IMG/VR virus record: IMGVR_UViG_3300042923_000607
Location: 1 to 64,000 of that record
Source: a virus
Strand: one strand, 5' to 3'
Length of the DNA: 64,000 nt
The first letter of the stretch is position 1, and each line of letters opens with the position of its first letter. The notes beneath the pieces were generated by a model. That model did no database searches and was not told the DNA's origin. It saw nothing but the letters and a program-made list of their open reading frames with translations. The position numbers and the translations under genes are program-made. This document shows, one piece after another, positions 45,402 to 55,730 of the stretch.

Positions 45402-46493
45402 GTGTTTATAATCGGTCGTAAACCAAAGGTTGCAGAAGCAACAGATAATTTTGATGATTCTCATTCTTATAAATGTTTAAGATGTGGTGCTGAACACGAG
45501 AATCCGATTAAGAAGTTTTATAAAATTCAGTGGTCTGAACTATGGCTAAAAAATGATAGGTATGCGCCATATTGTATTGAATGTATAAACGAAATGTTTT
45601 CATCTTATGAAAAGAAATATGGAACTGAAACCGCATGTAAATTAATGTGCTATAAACTTGATATTCCTTATTATTATTCATTATTTTCGAGTATAACAAA
45701 GAATAATAATAATTTTAGTATGGGGTTAATGTTACGCCAAATGAATGGGAGACAATATCAATATCAGGATTTTTCCCAATCGATTTTAAACGGTGAACTG
45801 GGCAAAAACAATTTGGATCACGAAAAAGATAAAGAAATCAAGTGGTCGAAAACAGATCAGGAACATAGAGATTATTCAATTGAAGTGTTAGAGTATGATC
45901 CTTTTGAGGGATACCCGGAAGAAGATAGAAAATTTTTATTTAATCAGCTATTTCCATATCTTGAAGATGAAGACATAGTGGATGACAAGTATAAATTATC
46001 TCAGCTATTACAGATAGTAGACAATAACAAACAAATCAGGCAATGTGATATGAAAATTGCAAATCTAGACCCAATTAAGGATGCTACAGACATTAAAACC
46101 TTACAGCAAATCAAAAAGGCACTAGTTGATGCTAATGATAAGATTGCAAAAGAAAACGAGATATCTGTAAAGAATCGCTCAAACAAAGAAGTGGGAAAAT
46201 CCACCTTAACTTATTTAATGAGAAAATTACGTGAAGACAACTTTGATAAAGCTGAGGCGGATTATTATGATCAGCTCAAAGGCGAAGGAACTTTGTGGGC
46301 GATTGAGATGTCAAATAAGGCAATTCTACAAAACGGAATGTTTGATGAGAATGATAAAAAAGAAGTATACGAGATTCAATTACAACTAATAAATGACTTA
46401 AATACAGAACTAGATGATAAAAAAGAACAGGTCAGACTTTTGCTTAAAGAGATTGATTTATTAAAGGCTGGTGATACAATTGGCTCGCCATAA
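45402..46493 (+). CDS. Zinc-binding protein, probable terminase small subunit
   Basis: CLRC...CIEC; overlaps start of terminase large subunit. Confidence 0.55.
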   Translation: MFIIGRKPKVAEATDNFDDSHSYKCLRCGAEHENPIKKFYKIQWSELWLKNDRYAPYCIECINEMFSSYEKKYGTETACKLMCYKLDIPYYYSLFSSITKNNNNFSMGLMLRQMNGRQYQYQDFSQSILNGELGKNNLDHEKDKEIKWSKTDQEHRDYSIEVLEYDPFEGYPEEDRKFLFNQLFPYLEDEDIVDDKYKLSQLLQIVDNNKQIRQCDMKIANLDPIKDATDIKTLQQIKKALVDANDKIAKENEISVKNRSNKEVGKSTLTYLMRKLREDNFDKAEADYYDQLKGEGTLWAIEMSNKAILQNGMFDENDKKEVYEIQLQLINDLNTELDDKKEQVRLLLKEIDLLKAGDTIGSP

Positions 46494-48366
46494 ATTAATG
46501 TCTGAGAGAAAAAGAAAAATATGCGAACTTGATTCTAAATCTATTGCTTTTTACAGAAGAAATCCCTGTCTTGCATGTGAGGATCTTTTAGGGATAAAAC
46601 TAATTGATAGTCAGAAATATATTTTACAACAAAGTTGGAATAAGCCACATGTTCTTTGGTGTTGTAGTCGAAACTTTGGCAAATCATTTTTAGGTGCAGT
46701 TTTTATGATATTAAAGGCTGTTCTTTATGAAAATCAAGCTATATATATTGTTTCTAGCGTAGGAGATCAAAGTAAGGAGACATTTACCAAGATTGAAGAG
46801 ATAGTTTTACGTATAGGTAAAACGGCGGCTTCAATAGATAGTTTACAAGATATAATCGATAAGGAAACCGTAAAATCTGCTAATAATAAAACTGGGTTCA
46901 GTCACCCACAAGCTGGATATCATGTATCGTTTTATAATGGTAGCGAAATTATTACATTAAATGGTAATCCTGACAATAATAGAAGTAGACGTGCAACTAT
47001 GGTATTTTTTGATGAAGCTGCATTCTCTTCTGATGAGTTAATAGCAGTTTGCGAAGCTTTTGCTACTCAAAATACAGAATTTAAAACTTCTACTAAAGAA
47101 GGATTTAACCCTGATACTCTTAAAAGAAAATGTCCTACTCAACTTGTTTATGCATCCTCTCAGGATGATATGAGCAAAGTATTTTATAAACATTATAAGA
47201 ACTTTTCAAAGAGAATGATGGCTGGAGATAGAAATTATTTTGTTGCAGATATGATTTGTGATACTGCCATTCGCACATTCATGAATGGAAGGCCGTACAC
47301 TGCATTATTGACACAAGCAAAAGTTGACGCTGCAATGAAAGCGAACAGAGATAAGGCATTAAGAGAATATTATAATCAACCAACTAGAGATGGTGGAGTA
47401 AATCAGATTGTAAAATGGGGTGTAATACGTAGGAATGAATCATTTTATTTGCCAGAGCTAGAATATAAAAAAGGTGGAAGATATGCTTTGGCTCTTGACC
47501 CTGCTCGTACTAAGGATAATTCAATATTGAGCGCCATGAGAATAAAATATGACGAAAATATCGGATACTACGGAGAGTTTGTTAATAGTATAAATTTTGT
47601 AGATGTCTCAAGTAAAAAAGGTTACAAATTGGATTCTAACAGACAGATCGAAGAAATAAGGAAAAACATATTGGCTTACAACGGAAAAACTGCGGATTAT
47701 GCAAATATAGATGCAATATTAGTCGACCAAGGTTCTGGTGGAGGAGGTACTTCTACATACGCTGATACATTATTAAATGATTGGGTTGATGAAAATGGTA
47801 TTTCTCATAGGGGATTAATAGATGCTAATCATGAAATATATGCGGGGTACACTAGCCTGTATCCAAACGCAGTAGATAAGTTAAGACTGATAAATCCCAA
47901 AAAATTTAGAACCCAAATGGTTGATGAATTTATAGAATTAATAGGATTGGGAGTGTTAAAATTCCCCTATGAATTTAAAAATGACGTTATTTCATTTACT
48001 CATCAAGTGGACGAGGACAACGAGGAACTTATAAAGTATTCGTTGTCAGATGATGAGATAATGTCGTTAATGAGTTTAGATGTTATGAAAAACGAAATAA
48101 CATCTATTTACAAATTTGAAAATCCTGAAAAAACAACCAAATCTTATGCACTACCCAAAGACAAAGAAAATAGAATGCATGACGATAGGTTTTATACCGC
48201 AATCATGCTTGCTCATCATTTATATGAATTAAGAAGAGGAGAAATAATTACTAATTCAAAGCCAAACAACTCACTAGAGAATTTCGTTAAAAATTTTAAT
48301 AATTCTAATGTCTCATCTTCTACCGCTTTTAAAAAAGACAGCCTATATAAAAAAATATTCCGTTAG
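46471..48366 (+). CDS. terL: Terminase large subunit
   Basis: SRNFGKS Walker A, FFDEA Walker B, YASS, ALDPA and HDDRF nuclease motifs. Confidence 0.92.
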   Translation: MIQLARHKLMSERKRKICELDSKSIAFYRRNPCLACEDLLGIKLIDSQKYILQQSWNKPHVLWCCSRNFGKSFLGAVFMILKAVLYENQAIYIVSSVGDQSKETFTKIEEIVLRIGKTAASIDSLQDIIDKETVKSANNKTGFSHPQAGYHVSFYNGSEIITLNGNPDNNRSRRATMVFFDEAAFSSDELIAVCEAFATQNTEFKTSTKEGFNPDTLKRKCPTQLVYASSQDDMSKVFYKHYKNFSKRMMAGDRNYFVADMICDTAIRTFMNGRPYTALLTQAKVDAAMKANRDKALREYYNQPTRDGGVNQIVKWGVIRRNESFYLPELEYKKGGRYALALDPARTKDNSILSAMRIKYDENIGYYGEFVNSINFVDVSSKKGYKLDSNRQIEEIRKNILAYNGKTADYANIDAILVDQGSGGGGTSTYADTLLNDWVDENGISHRGLIDANHEIYAGYTSLYPNAVDKLRLINPKKFRTQMVDEFIELIGLGVLKFPYEFKNDVISFTHQVDEDNEELIKYSLSDDEIMSLMSLDVMKNEITSIYKFENPEKTTKSYALPKDKENRMHDDRFYTAIMLAHHLYELRRGEIITNSKPNNSLENFVKNFNNSNVSSSTAFKKDSLYKKIFR

Positions 48367-48383
48367 AGAGGAGGTAGTAAATA

Positions 48384-50021
48384 TTGTCTGAAGTAAATAA
48401 TCAGCCAAAAAAGCGCGGACGCCCACCAAAAGAAAAAATGGCAACCCCAGAACAGTTGTCTCAAATACAAGAGGCACTTGGAGAACCTCTGGAAACATAT
48501 ATAAAAAATATATATGATGAATATAAACTTCAAATATTCGCAAATAATTTAAATCGTTCTGTTAAACAGCTAGAAAAACTTACTACCGAATCCTCTGGGA
48601 ACGGCAAATATCAACCAATATACAGCGAAGAACTATTGCAAGAAATAAATATTAACCCTAGAGTTGCTAGCTCTGAAGAAATAAGTAATTGGTTATTGAA
48701 TCCTCAAAATCACGACATGGAACTTAGACATCTGAGTCAGTACTTATCATATGCGGTTGGACAATACAATAGAACTCTATGGTATCTAAACACCATTAAA
48801 TCCTATAACTACTCTCCTAAATTCCCATATTGTAGCCCATTAGAGGAAAATAGCAAAGAATATCAGGACGACTGGGAAGTTTATTTAAAGACATTGCAAA
48901 AGATGAATCTTAAATACAACATCTCGAAGATAGATTTACAAGTTCAATATGATGGAGTCTTAGCCGTCTACATAGTAGAAACTAATGATACGATTAGTTT
49001 ACATCACATACCTACTGATTATATTTATATTACGGCTCCTTGGACTTTCGGATATACATTTGCCATTGATTTGACTTATTTTGATAGGTTTGCAATGTTA
49101 GATGACCAAGTTCCAGAATTAGTTGCGGCATATCAGTTATTTGTGGAAAAACGTAAAGCTTTATACAAAGGAGAAAAACTCGCTCCTTATCAGTATTATC
49201 AGGTTCCACCGAATAAAGGATGGGTCTTTACTTTCGACCCGATTCACCCTGACAAAGTTCCTCCTTTAACAAGCTCCATGCAGTCTTCTATTGATATTCT
49301 TAGCTATAAAGAACTTCTAAAAAATAAATTAGCCTTGGATTTATACAAGGTTATCGCCATGAGAATTCCATTAGATAAAGATAATAAAAATATGGCGATA
49401 ACTTATGATTTGGCTACGGAGATAACCCAAGTTATTCAATCACAGTTGCCAGATAACATGCGAGTATTTTCTGCCCCATTTGATAGTACTCCAATTGTCA
49501 CGGATCAAACAAATAGGTTTAAAGAAATAATAGATATTTCCAATGACAGCTTTTCTACTAGTACTGGTATTAATCAAGCGGTTTTAGGAAGCAGCGAAGC
49601 TAAACAGGGAACCGCATTACAAATGTCTCAAAGAGTTGACTTTGCTTATGTGAGTACTCATATGTATAACCAATATAACAACTTCGTAAATTATCAAATA
49701 GCAATACGGACTAAAAAATATCGGTTTGGAGTTAAATTTTTCGGAAATAAAATTGAAGAACAGAAAGAACTTGAAATGTATTCTGCTCTTGTACGTAATA
49801 ACAATACAGGCGTTTTTGAATTGTTTGGAGCTATGGGGAGAGAACCATTTGAAATAGAGAGTAGCCTAAGACATGAAAACAGAATAAAAACTCTAATGAT
49901 CCCGATTGTGTCGGCTTTTAATACTAAAGCATCAGATTCTGGAAGAACTCAGAAAAATGAAAGTGATTTAGCTGATGGAGGTAATAACACGAGGGATTAT
50001 GAAAGTAATGAAAACAGGTGA
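48384..50021 (+). CDS. Portal protein
   Basis: 545 aa directly after terL; synteny and C-terminal SGR tail. Confidence 0.75.
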   Translation: MSEVNNQPKKRGRPPKEKMATPEQLSQIQEALGEPLETYIKNIYDEYKLQIFANNLNRSVKQLEKLTTESSGNGKYQPIYSEELLQEININPRVASSEEISNWLLNPQNHDMELRHLSQYLSYAVGQYNRTLWYLNTIKSYNYSPKFPYCSPLEENSKEYQDDWEVYLKTLQKMNLKYNISKIDLQVQYDGVLAVYIVETNDTISLHHIPTDYIYITAPWTFGYTFAIDLTYFDRFAMLDDQVPELVAAYQLFVEKRKALYKGEKLAPYQYYQVPPNKGWVFTFDPIHPDKVPPLTSSMQSSIDILSYKELLKNKLALDLYKVIAMRIPLDKDNKNMAITYDLATEITQVIQSQLPDNMRVFSAPFDSTPIVTDQTNRFKEIIDISNDSFSTSTGINQAVLGSSEAKQGTALQMSQRVDFAYVSTHMYNQYNNFVNYQIAIRTKKYRFGVKFFGNKIEEQKELEMYSALVRNNNTGVFELFGAMGREPFEIESSLRHENRIKTLMIPIVSAFNTKASDSGRTQKNESDLADGGNNTRDYESNENR

Positions 50022-50046
50022 AAAACTATGAAAGGTGGTGATTAAA

Positions 50047-50565
50047 ATGCTAATAAGCCCCAAGACGAATGATCAATTGAACTTGATTATTCAGAAATTC
50101 TTCGGATTAAACAGAATCATGGATAGAATCGTATCTGTAATGAGCGTTGATTTTGCATGTGTTGATTCGTCAAAGATACTACACATGCAATTCGCCCATA
50201 AATTCCCTTTACTTGCGGATCAAATATCAGAAATCCAAGATTCTTTTAATGTAAAAACCGACTATTTAGAGACTCCACGCGATGGCTCTGACTACTCTTC
50301 TCTTTTAGAAATCTTTCAAAAGGTTCTTGATAATGTATTAGAGGCTAATGATTTAATCACTGGGGCTATAGAAATATGTATTGAAGAAGGCGATTATAAC
50401 GTTAAATCAAGTCTAGAATCATTTTTGTCTCAAACTTATATCCAATATATAAAACAAGCAATTATATTACGAGACAAGGCAAAAATGTATGGTGACGACA
50501 TTATTAGATTTGATAAGGATTTGCACATGTTCTTTATTTTGGACAGGGCTGGAAGCGGTGACTAA
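50047..50565 (+). CDS. Ferritin/Dps-like four-helix protein
   Basis: LHMQFAH...LADQI...LLEIFQKVLD...AIEICIEEGDYNVKSSLESFL helical pattern. Confidence 0.55.
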   Translation: MLISPKTNDQLNLIIQKFFGLNRIMDRIVSVMSVDFACVDSSKILHMQFAHKFPLLADQISEIQDSFNVKTDYLETPRDGSDYSSLLEIFQKVLDNVLEANDLITGAIEICIEEGDYNVKSSLESFLSQTYIQYIKQAIILRDKAKMYGDDIIRFDKDLHMFFILDRAGSGD

Positions 50566-50566
50566 T

Positions 50567-50797
50567 ATGAAAATAATCAATATCGAGGACAGCACCAAAA
50601 AAGAAGAATTATATTATTGTGGAAGTCTAAATTTAAAAAGATTTCTTGAAAAGAATGGATTAGTACATATTTCGTCTTACACAAAAAATAAAACACATAA
50701 AAACATCTATATCTATATTAAATCAAAGAAGCTAGAAGAACTCCTTACGGTATGGTCTAACAATAAAGGGAAAGGAGGTGCAGAAGGTGGAAAATGA
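50567..50797 (+). CDS. small DUF5659-like protein
   Basis: YYCGSLNLKRFLEKNG...YIYIKSKKLEELLTVW. Confidence 0.6.
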   Translation: MKIINIEDSTKKEELYYCGSLNLKRFLEKNGLVHISSYTKNKTHKNIYIYIKSKKLEELLTVWSNNKGKGGAEGGK

Positions 50798-52499
50798 ATT
50801 AAGATCTAGTCTTGATATAGATTTTATGGACATTCTCTACGAAGACGACTCTGTTAGCATTGTTGACGTTCTTGTTCTTCATGAAGGAATAAATCGTAAT
50901 AATTGCGATATTGCTCATGATGTAATATTAGCAGCCCTACCTACTCTTGCTAATAAGCCACTTTGGGCAATTCCTAACCGCACATATATGAAATCATATA
51001 GTGACGACTTTATAGAACACGCAAGAAATAAAGAAGACGAAAAAGATATTATAATTTTTGGAGTTTTTACTGAGTCAGGAGTTAAGAACTATAGTTTCGT
51101 AGAGATAAATAATAAAACATATTTAAAAGTTCAAGCAGTTTTGTTTAAAAAGTATAGCCCAATAGCAATCAACATTATTAAAAACAGAGATGGAAATTGC
51201 AAAATAAGCATTGAAATTTTAGCCAAAGGAAAAATGAACGATGGGATTTTTAAGATTGAAGAAATGATATTTGAGGCAGCTGTTGCACTTGGCGCCGATA
51301 TACCAGAAGGAATTGAAGGAAGTTCATTGGATGTTGTTCGTTTTTCATTGGATGACACCATTAAAGATTTTAATGATAGATATTTCAGATTTTCTATGGA
51401 AGATAAATATAAAATACCTCAAAAAGTAAAAGATAATGCAAAGTTTGGGCTAGAGTTAAGAAAAGAATACGGAAGAGGGGGAACTTCTGTTGGAGCAAAC
51501 ACGGCAAAACAAATCACCTCTAACGATTATCTTTCGTATGAAAAAGTAAAAAAAATAAGCCAATATTTCCCTAGGCACGCAAATGATAATTTAGACCAAA
51601 AAGATCCACCTAGTAACGGATATATTGCTTGGATGTTATGGGGCGGAAAAGAAGCTTGGAATTGGTCAAAGGGAATTGTTGATAAAAAAGAAGGTGAAGA
51701 AGTGAAAAATTCAGTAAACCCCATTGTCGAAGAAGAAGTTGAAGTAACGGATTTAGACAATGAAGAAATTAAAAATAATGAAAGAGAGGAGAAAATTTTG
51801 GAAAATAATAATTTAACCTTTAGTTTAAATTCTGCTCAAATATTTGAAATATTAAGTGTTGCTATTTCAAATGTTAAATACATGTGTGGAGAATATGAAT
51901 GCAGAAAATATTATACAGAGGCATATGACGAGAACTACGTATATTTGTGCGATTGCGAAGAGAATAAAACCTTCAAATTCCCTTTTGTAATTGAAAACAA
52001 TATGGCAACTGTGAATCTTGATGAAAAAATTGAGGTTATTCGCGGTGGATATTTGGAAGTTGGAGAAGAGATTAAAAATACTGAAAATGAGAAGGAAGCA
52101 AAGTATGCCGAGTTAGAAGAAAAGTATGCATCTGCAACTACCGAGTTAGAGGAATGTAAAAACAAACTGATGACCTACGAAAGAAAAGAAGAAGAAGAGA
52201 AAATGTCTTCATATATACAAAAATACTCACACCGTTTATCAAAAGAGGATGTTAAGAAGTTCAGCGAAAACATTGAAAATTCTAAATTTGAAGAACTTAA
52301 ACATTCTGTAGACGAAAGAGTTCTGGAATACGCTGAAAGAAAAGAAGATACAAAGGCTGAAGAAATAAAGAATTCTTATCAGACATCGGCCTCAAATTTC
52401 GGAGCAGTTGATCCAGTAGTATTTGAAACAAACAAAAACAAACCTAACGACCTTGATTCAATCACCAAAAAATCAGGCGTTAAAATAAAAACTAATTAA
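50787..52499 (+). CDS. Prohead protease/scaffold fusion with inserted domain
   Basis: VLHEGINRN, ISIEI, ALGADIPEG protease-like region; acidic coiled-coil C-terminus; between portal and capsid. Confidence 0.75.
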   Translation: MENELRSSLDIDFMDILYEDDSVSIVDVLVLHEGINRNNCDIAHDVILAALPTLANKPLWAIPNRTYMKSYSDDFIEHARNKEDEKDIIIFGVFTESGVKNYSFVEINNKTYLKVQAVLFKKYSPIAINIIKNRDGNCKISIEILAKGKMNDGIFKIEEMIFEAAVALGADIPEGIEGSSLDVVRFSLDDTIKDFNDRYFRFSMEDKYKIPQKVKDNAKFGLELRKEYGRGGTSVGANTAKQITSNDYLSYEKVKKISQYFPRHANDNLDQKDPPSNGYIAWMLWGGKEAWNWSKGIVDKKEGEEVKNSVNPIVEEEVEVTDLDNEEIKNNEREEKILENNNLTFSLNSAQIFEILSVAISNVKYMCGEYECRKYYTEAYDENYVYLCDCEENKTFKFPFVIENNMATVNLDEKIEVIRGGYLEVGEEIKNTENEKEAKYAELEEKYASATTELEECKNKLMTYERKEEEEKMSSYIQKYSHRLSKEDVKKFSENIENSKFEELKHSVDERVLEYAERKEDTKAEEIKNSYQTSASNFGAVDPVVFETNKNKPNDLDSITKKSGVKIKTN

Positions 52500-52523
52500 T
52501 TATTCTATAGGAGGAATTCAATT

Positions 52524-53072
52524 ATGGCAAATAGACTTGCACGTCCCGTTACAGCAGTACCCGAATATGCAGTATTAAATTTTAAAGTACCTACAGGTAA
52601 AACATACTATGCAGGTGATGTATTTGTATTGAATACATTAGATACAGACCTAGTTAATAATTTTAGTACATTTGCACCGACTGAACCAGCTACCGCAAAT
52701 CTCGGAAAACAAATGGCTATTGTAATTAATAGCGGATTCGAGCAGTTGGAAGACGGAAGACGTCCCGACGGTCAGCCAGATTTTACACAGTATTCATTTG
52801 TTGCTGGTGACATTGTAACCGCAGTTCTCTTAGTTCAGGGATTAAGATTTGAAATTTCTACAGATTGTTTTACTGGAACAGCAACAGTGGGATATTCTAT
52901 TCATCCAGTAAATGCTGATACAAAGATGGCAACTGCTTCTGCTACTCCCGCTGGTACATATAGTTCTCTTACTACTTTGGCTAAGAAATATTTCCGTATC
53001 GGTGGCTTATTTGCTGCTCAGTCAATCAACACAGTTGTGGCTATGGTTAAAGAACCTACCCCTGCGGCTTAA
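52524..53072 (+). CDS. Head decoration protein
   Basis: 182 aa, Ala/Thr-rich, strong RBS, directly before capsid gene. Confidence 0.6.
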   Translation: MANRLARPVTAVPEYAVLNFKVPTGKTYYAGDVFVLNTLDTDLVNNFSTFAPTEPATANLGKQMAIVINSGFEQLEDGRRPDGQPDFTQYSFVAGDIVTAVLLVQGLRFEISTDCFTGTATVGYSIHPVNADTKMATASATPAGTYSSLTTLAKKYFRIGGLFAAQSINTVVAMVKEPTPAA

Positions 53073-53098
53073 TTTAAAATAATAGGAGGAACTATAAT

Positions 53099-54232
53099 AT
53101 GAATAAAGACTTTACTGAAATTAAATACTCTCTCGCTTTAGCTGACGATTCTGATGCTAAAGTAATAGTTAAAAATCTTGAGGAAGTAGTTCTTGCAGCT
53201 GCTACTAATGAATATGGGAAACGCAGTATGACAAAGAATTTTTCAATGGATGGTGCTACATATACTGAAAAAGAAGATAAAGTAAGAAAAGCACTATTGG
53301 CATTTGCTGCTTCCAAATCTGGTATCACTAAACTAGAAGACAAAAGAGATATCATAATGGCGTTTGATAATCCTCAGTTTGTTTCAGTGTTAAATAGTAT
53401 TGTATCTGAAACATTAACCGGAGTTGTTATTAATGCAAACGGAAGTCAGTTGCTTTCTATGTGCAATGTTTCAGATGTTGAGGTTGGTGATAGCAAGACT
53501 TTTACAATTGAACCAAAAGGACTGCCTATCGCACAGAGAGGTTCTTACATGAATAACGTTGCTTTTCTTGACGGATATTCAGCAAGCTCTCTTACTGTGG
53601 TTCCTAAATTATATACAGCCGGATCTTCCATCGATTACATTAGAATCCTTGCGAATGGATTTGATTGGGGTAAGGAATTAGCAAGAGTTGCTATGGGTAT
53701 GTTATATGCTCAGTATAAGTTAGTTGCTGGTTTATTATTTGACACAACTAACGTATCAAGCACTCCTTTATATCAGGCAACATTTGACTCATCTAAATAC
53801 ACATTGATGATTCAGTATTTACAGGCATTAAATAAAACAGGAGTTAAAGCGTATGGCACACTTCCTGCATTCCAGAAGCAGGGAACTACTGCCACCACTA
53901 ACTATGGTTTTGTACTTCAGGATACTATGATCAAAGACGGATATCTTGGAAGCGCTTATGGTGTAGATAACGTTCTTATTGATCAGGCAACTGATTTATC
54001 TGCGCCATTTGTTGATGCTAATCTTTCTAGCTTATTATTAGTACCAAATAACAAGATTCTTTTAGTTTCTGACGCAGGAGACAAGCCTGTTAAATTAGTT
54101 AGAGAGAATTTCGTTAGAACATACAGCAAGCCAGCTCAGGATGGAGCGTTATACAGACAGGAATATTCATATACCATGTCTTTCGATGCAGCCATCATTA
54201 CATCTGGTCACTATGCAATTCAGGCAGTTTAA
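53099..54232 (+). CDS. Major capsid protein
   Basis: 377 aa, AGGAGG RBS, synteny, followed by a terminator hairpin. Confidence 0.78.
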   Translation: MNKDFTEIKYSLALADDSDAKVIVKNLEEVVLAAATNEYGKRSMTKNFSMDGATYTEKEDKVRKALLAFAASKSGITKLEDKRDIIMAFDNPQFVSVLNSIVSETLTGVVINANGSQLLSMCNVSDVEVGDSKTFTIEPKGLPIAQRGSYMNNVAFLDGYSASSLTVVPKLYTAGSSIDYIRILANGFDWGKELARVAMGMLYAQYKLVAGLLFDTTNVSSTPLYQATFDSSKYTLMIQYLQALNKTGVKAYGTLPAFQKQGTTATTNYGFVLQDTMIKDGYLGSAYGVDNVLIDQATDLSAPFVDANLSSLLLVPNNKILLVSDAGDKPVKLVRENFVRTYSKPAQDGALYRQEYSYTMSFDAAIITSGHYAIQAV

Positions 54233-54240
54233 TATAAAAC

Positions 54241-54284
54241 ATTGAGGGGTTGGGGAGTTTATCCTTCTCTTCCCCTTTCAATTT
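54241..54284 (+). terminator. Hairpin terminator after capsid gene
   Basis: ATTGAGGGGTTGGGGAG/CTTCTCTTCCCCTTTCAAT imperfect stem. Confidence 0.55.
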
Positions 54285-54313
54285 AAAATTATTGAATAAA
54301 AAGGAGTTATAAA

Positions 54314-55003
54314 ATGGCAAACGTAAAAAAAACAAAAACAGAAGTAGATAACTTAGAAACAAGCAATGTCGCATCCATAGTTGTAGATACCTCGTCTTCA
54401 GACAATTCAAAAGATCAAGAGATAAGTGCTTTACAGAAGCAACTTCAAGAAATGCAGAAGGTTATCCTTGCAATGCAGTCTGCTCAATATCCAAATTCTC
54501 AGAAAGAAGACTCTTCTGAAGTTCTTTATGAAATTGGAACTAGGTTTGTAAATGGTGTAACAATCTTCTCTCCTATGAAAGACGTAAAGATTGAGATGGA
54601 TTTTGGTAAATTATACGAAATTGAGTTACACGAATTAAATTCTCTTTTAAAAAATCCTCAAAACAGAGAGTGGTTGGAAAAGGATATTCTTTTCTTTACA
54701 AACTCAGAAGTCTATAAAAAGAAAAAGCTTAACAGGCAGTATTTTTTAGATGATGATACTCTGACGGAGTTAATCATGTCTAAAGATACAGATGTATTAA
54801 AGTCCATCTTTAATAAAATGACAGAAAATATGAATTATGATCCTATGATTTATTGCTTGTTTTATAGGATTGTAGAACTCGCTTATTCTGGAAAACTAAA
54901 TAGCATGAGCCATCCTACCAGGCAAATGATAGAAAAAATGTTCAAGTTCAACTTGGATAATGCTGAGATGTTATTCCAGAGATACAAAGAGGTTAGTCGT
55001 TAA
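54314..55003 (+). CDS. hypothetical virion-module protein
   Basis: N-terminal coiled coil; follows capsid gene. Confidence 0.7.
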   Translation: MANVKKTKTEVDNLETSNVASIVVDTSSSDNSKDQEISALQKQLQEMQKVILAMQSAQYPNSQKEDSSEVLYEIGTRFVNGVTIFSPMKDVKIEMDFGKLYEIELHELNSLLKNPQNREWLEKDILFFTNSEVYKKKKLNRQYFLDDDTLTELIMSKDTDVLKSIFNKMTENMNYDPMIYCLFYRIVELAYSGKLNSMSHPTRQMIEKMFKFNLDNAEMLFQRYKEVSR

Positions 55004-55022
55004 AAAGGGGAGGTGTTAAATT

Positions 55023-55730
55023 GTGGGAACTAAGTTCGCAGCTGTTTATGAGAAAATGGATATTATCAGAGACGATAATAGAATAAGAAATAAGAGGACT
55101 AATGATATTTATAGACTTTACTATGACTACTTGACTTTTGCTATTGCCCAGTTCTATAGAACATGTAAAAAAGTTAGTTCCAAAGATTTAACTCAGAATA
55201 CACCTTTTCAGCAGATAGAGTATGGATTTATTAGTGATGGAGTAGACACTGAGTTCGTACTCACAAGTCCAAGTGTTCCTTTAGAAGACGGATGTTTTTA
55301 CGTTGGGTTTTCTCCTGACGCTACTACTTCTTTCACTGAAATAACTTCTGATAAGTATTCTTACGACAGTGTAACAAATACTATCACTGTTACGGGAATT
55401 TCAATACCTGAAAACTATATTGTGTACATATCTAGTTATTTGATAGGCGAATTCAATGATAACCTGGTTTATGATGAAATATCTATTTTGGCAAATGGAG
55501 CTATAATCCCATATCTGCAAGAGCAACAGAATAGAACAAGTTTAATGACTCAGTATGTATATGGTGCTTCCATGAAGATGTTTTCTCAAGCTGAACATAT
55601 ATCTTCGGTTCATAATGTTGTAAATTCTCAAGAGGATAAAGTTACAAATATGATAACAAAATATTCTTATTTAGCATCTCAGAACCAGCTAAAGGGGCTA
55701 GGAGGTGTAGGGTATGAACAAACAGTTTAA
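55023..55730 (+). CDS. Putative head-tail adaptor
   Basis: TKFAAVY...MKMFSQAEH pattern; synteny. Confidence 0.55.
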   Translation: MGTKFAAVYEKMDIIRDDNRIRNKRTNDIYRLYYDYLTFAIAQFYRTCKKVSSKDLTQNTPFQQIEYGFISDGVDTEFVLTSPSVPLEDGCFYVGFSPDATTSFTEITSDKYSYDSVTNTITVTGISIPENYIVYISSYLIGEFNDNLVYDEISILANGAIIPYLQEQQNRTSLMTQYVYGASMKMFSQAEHISSVHNVVNSQEDKVTNMITKYSYLASQNQLKGLGGVGYEQTV

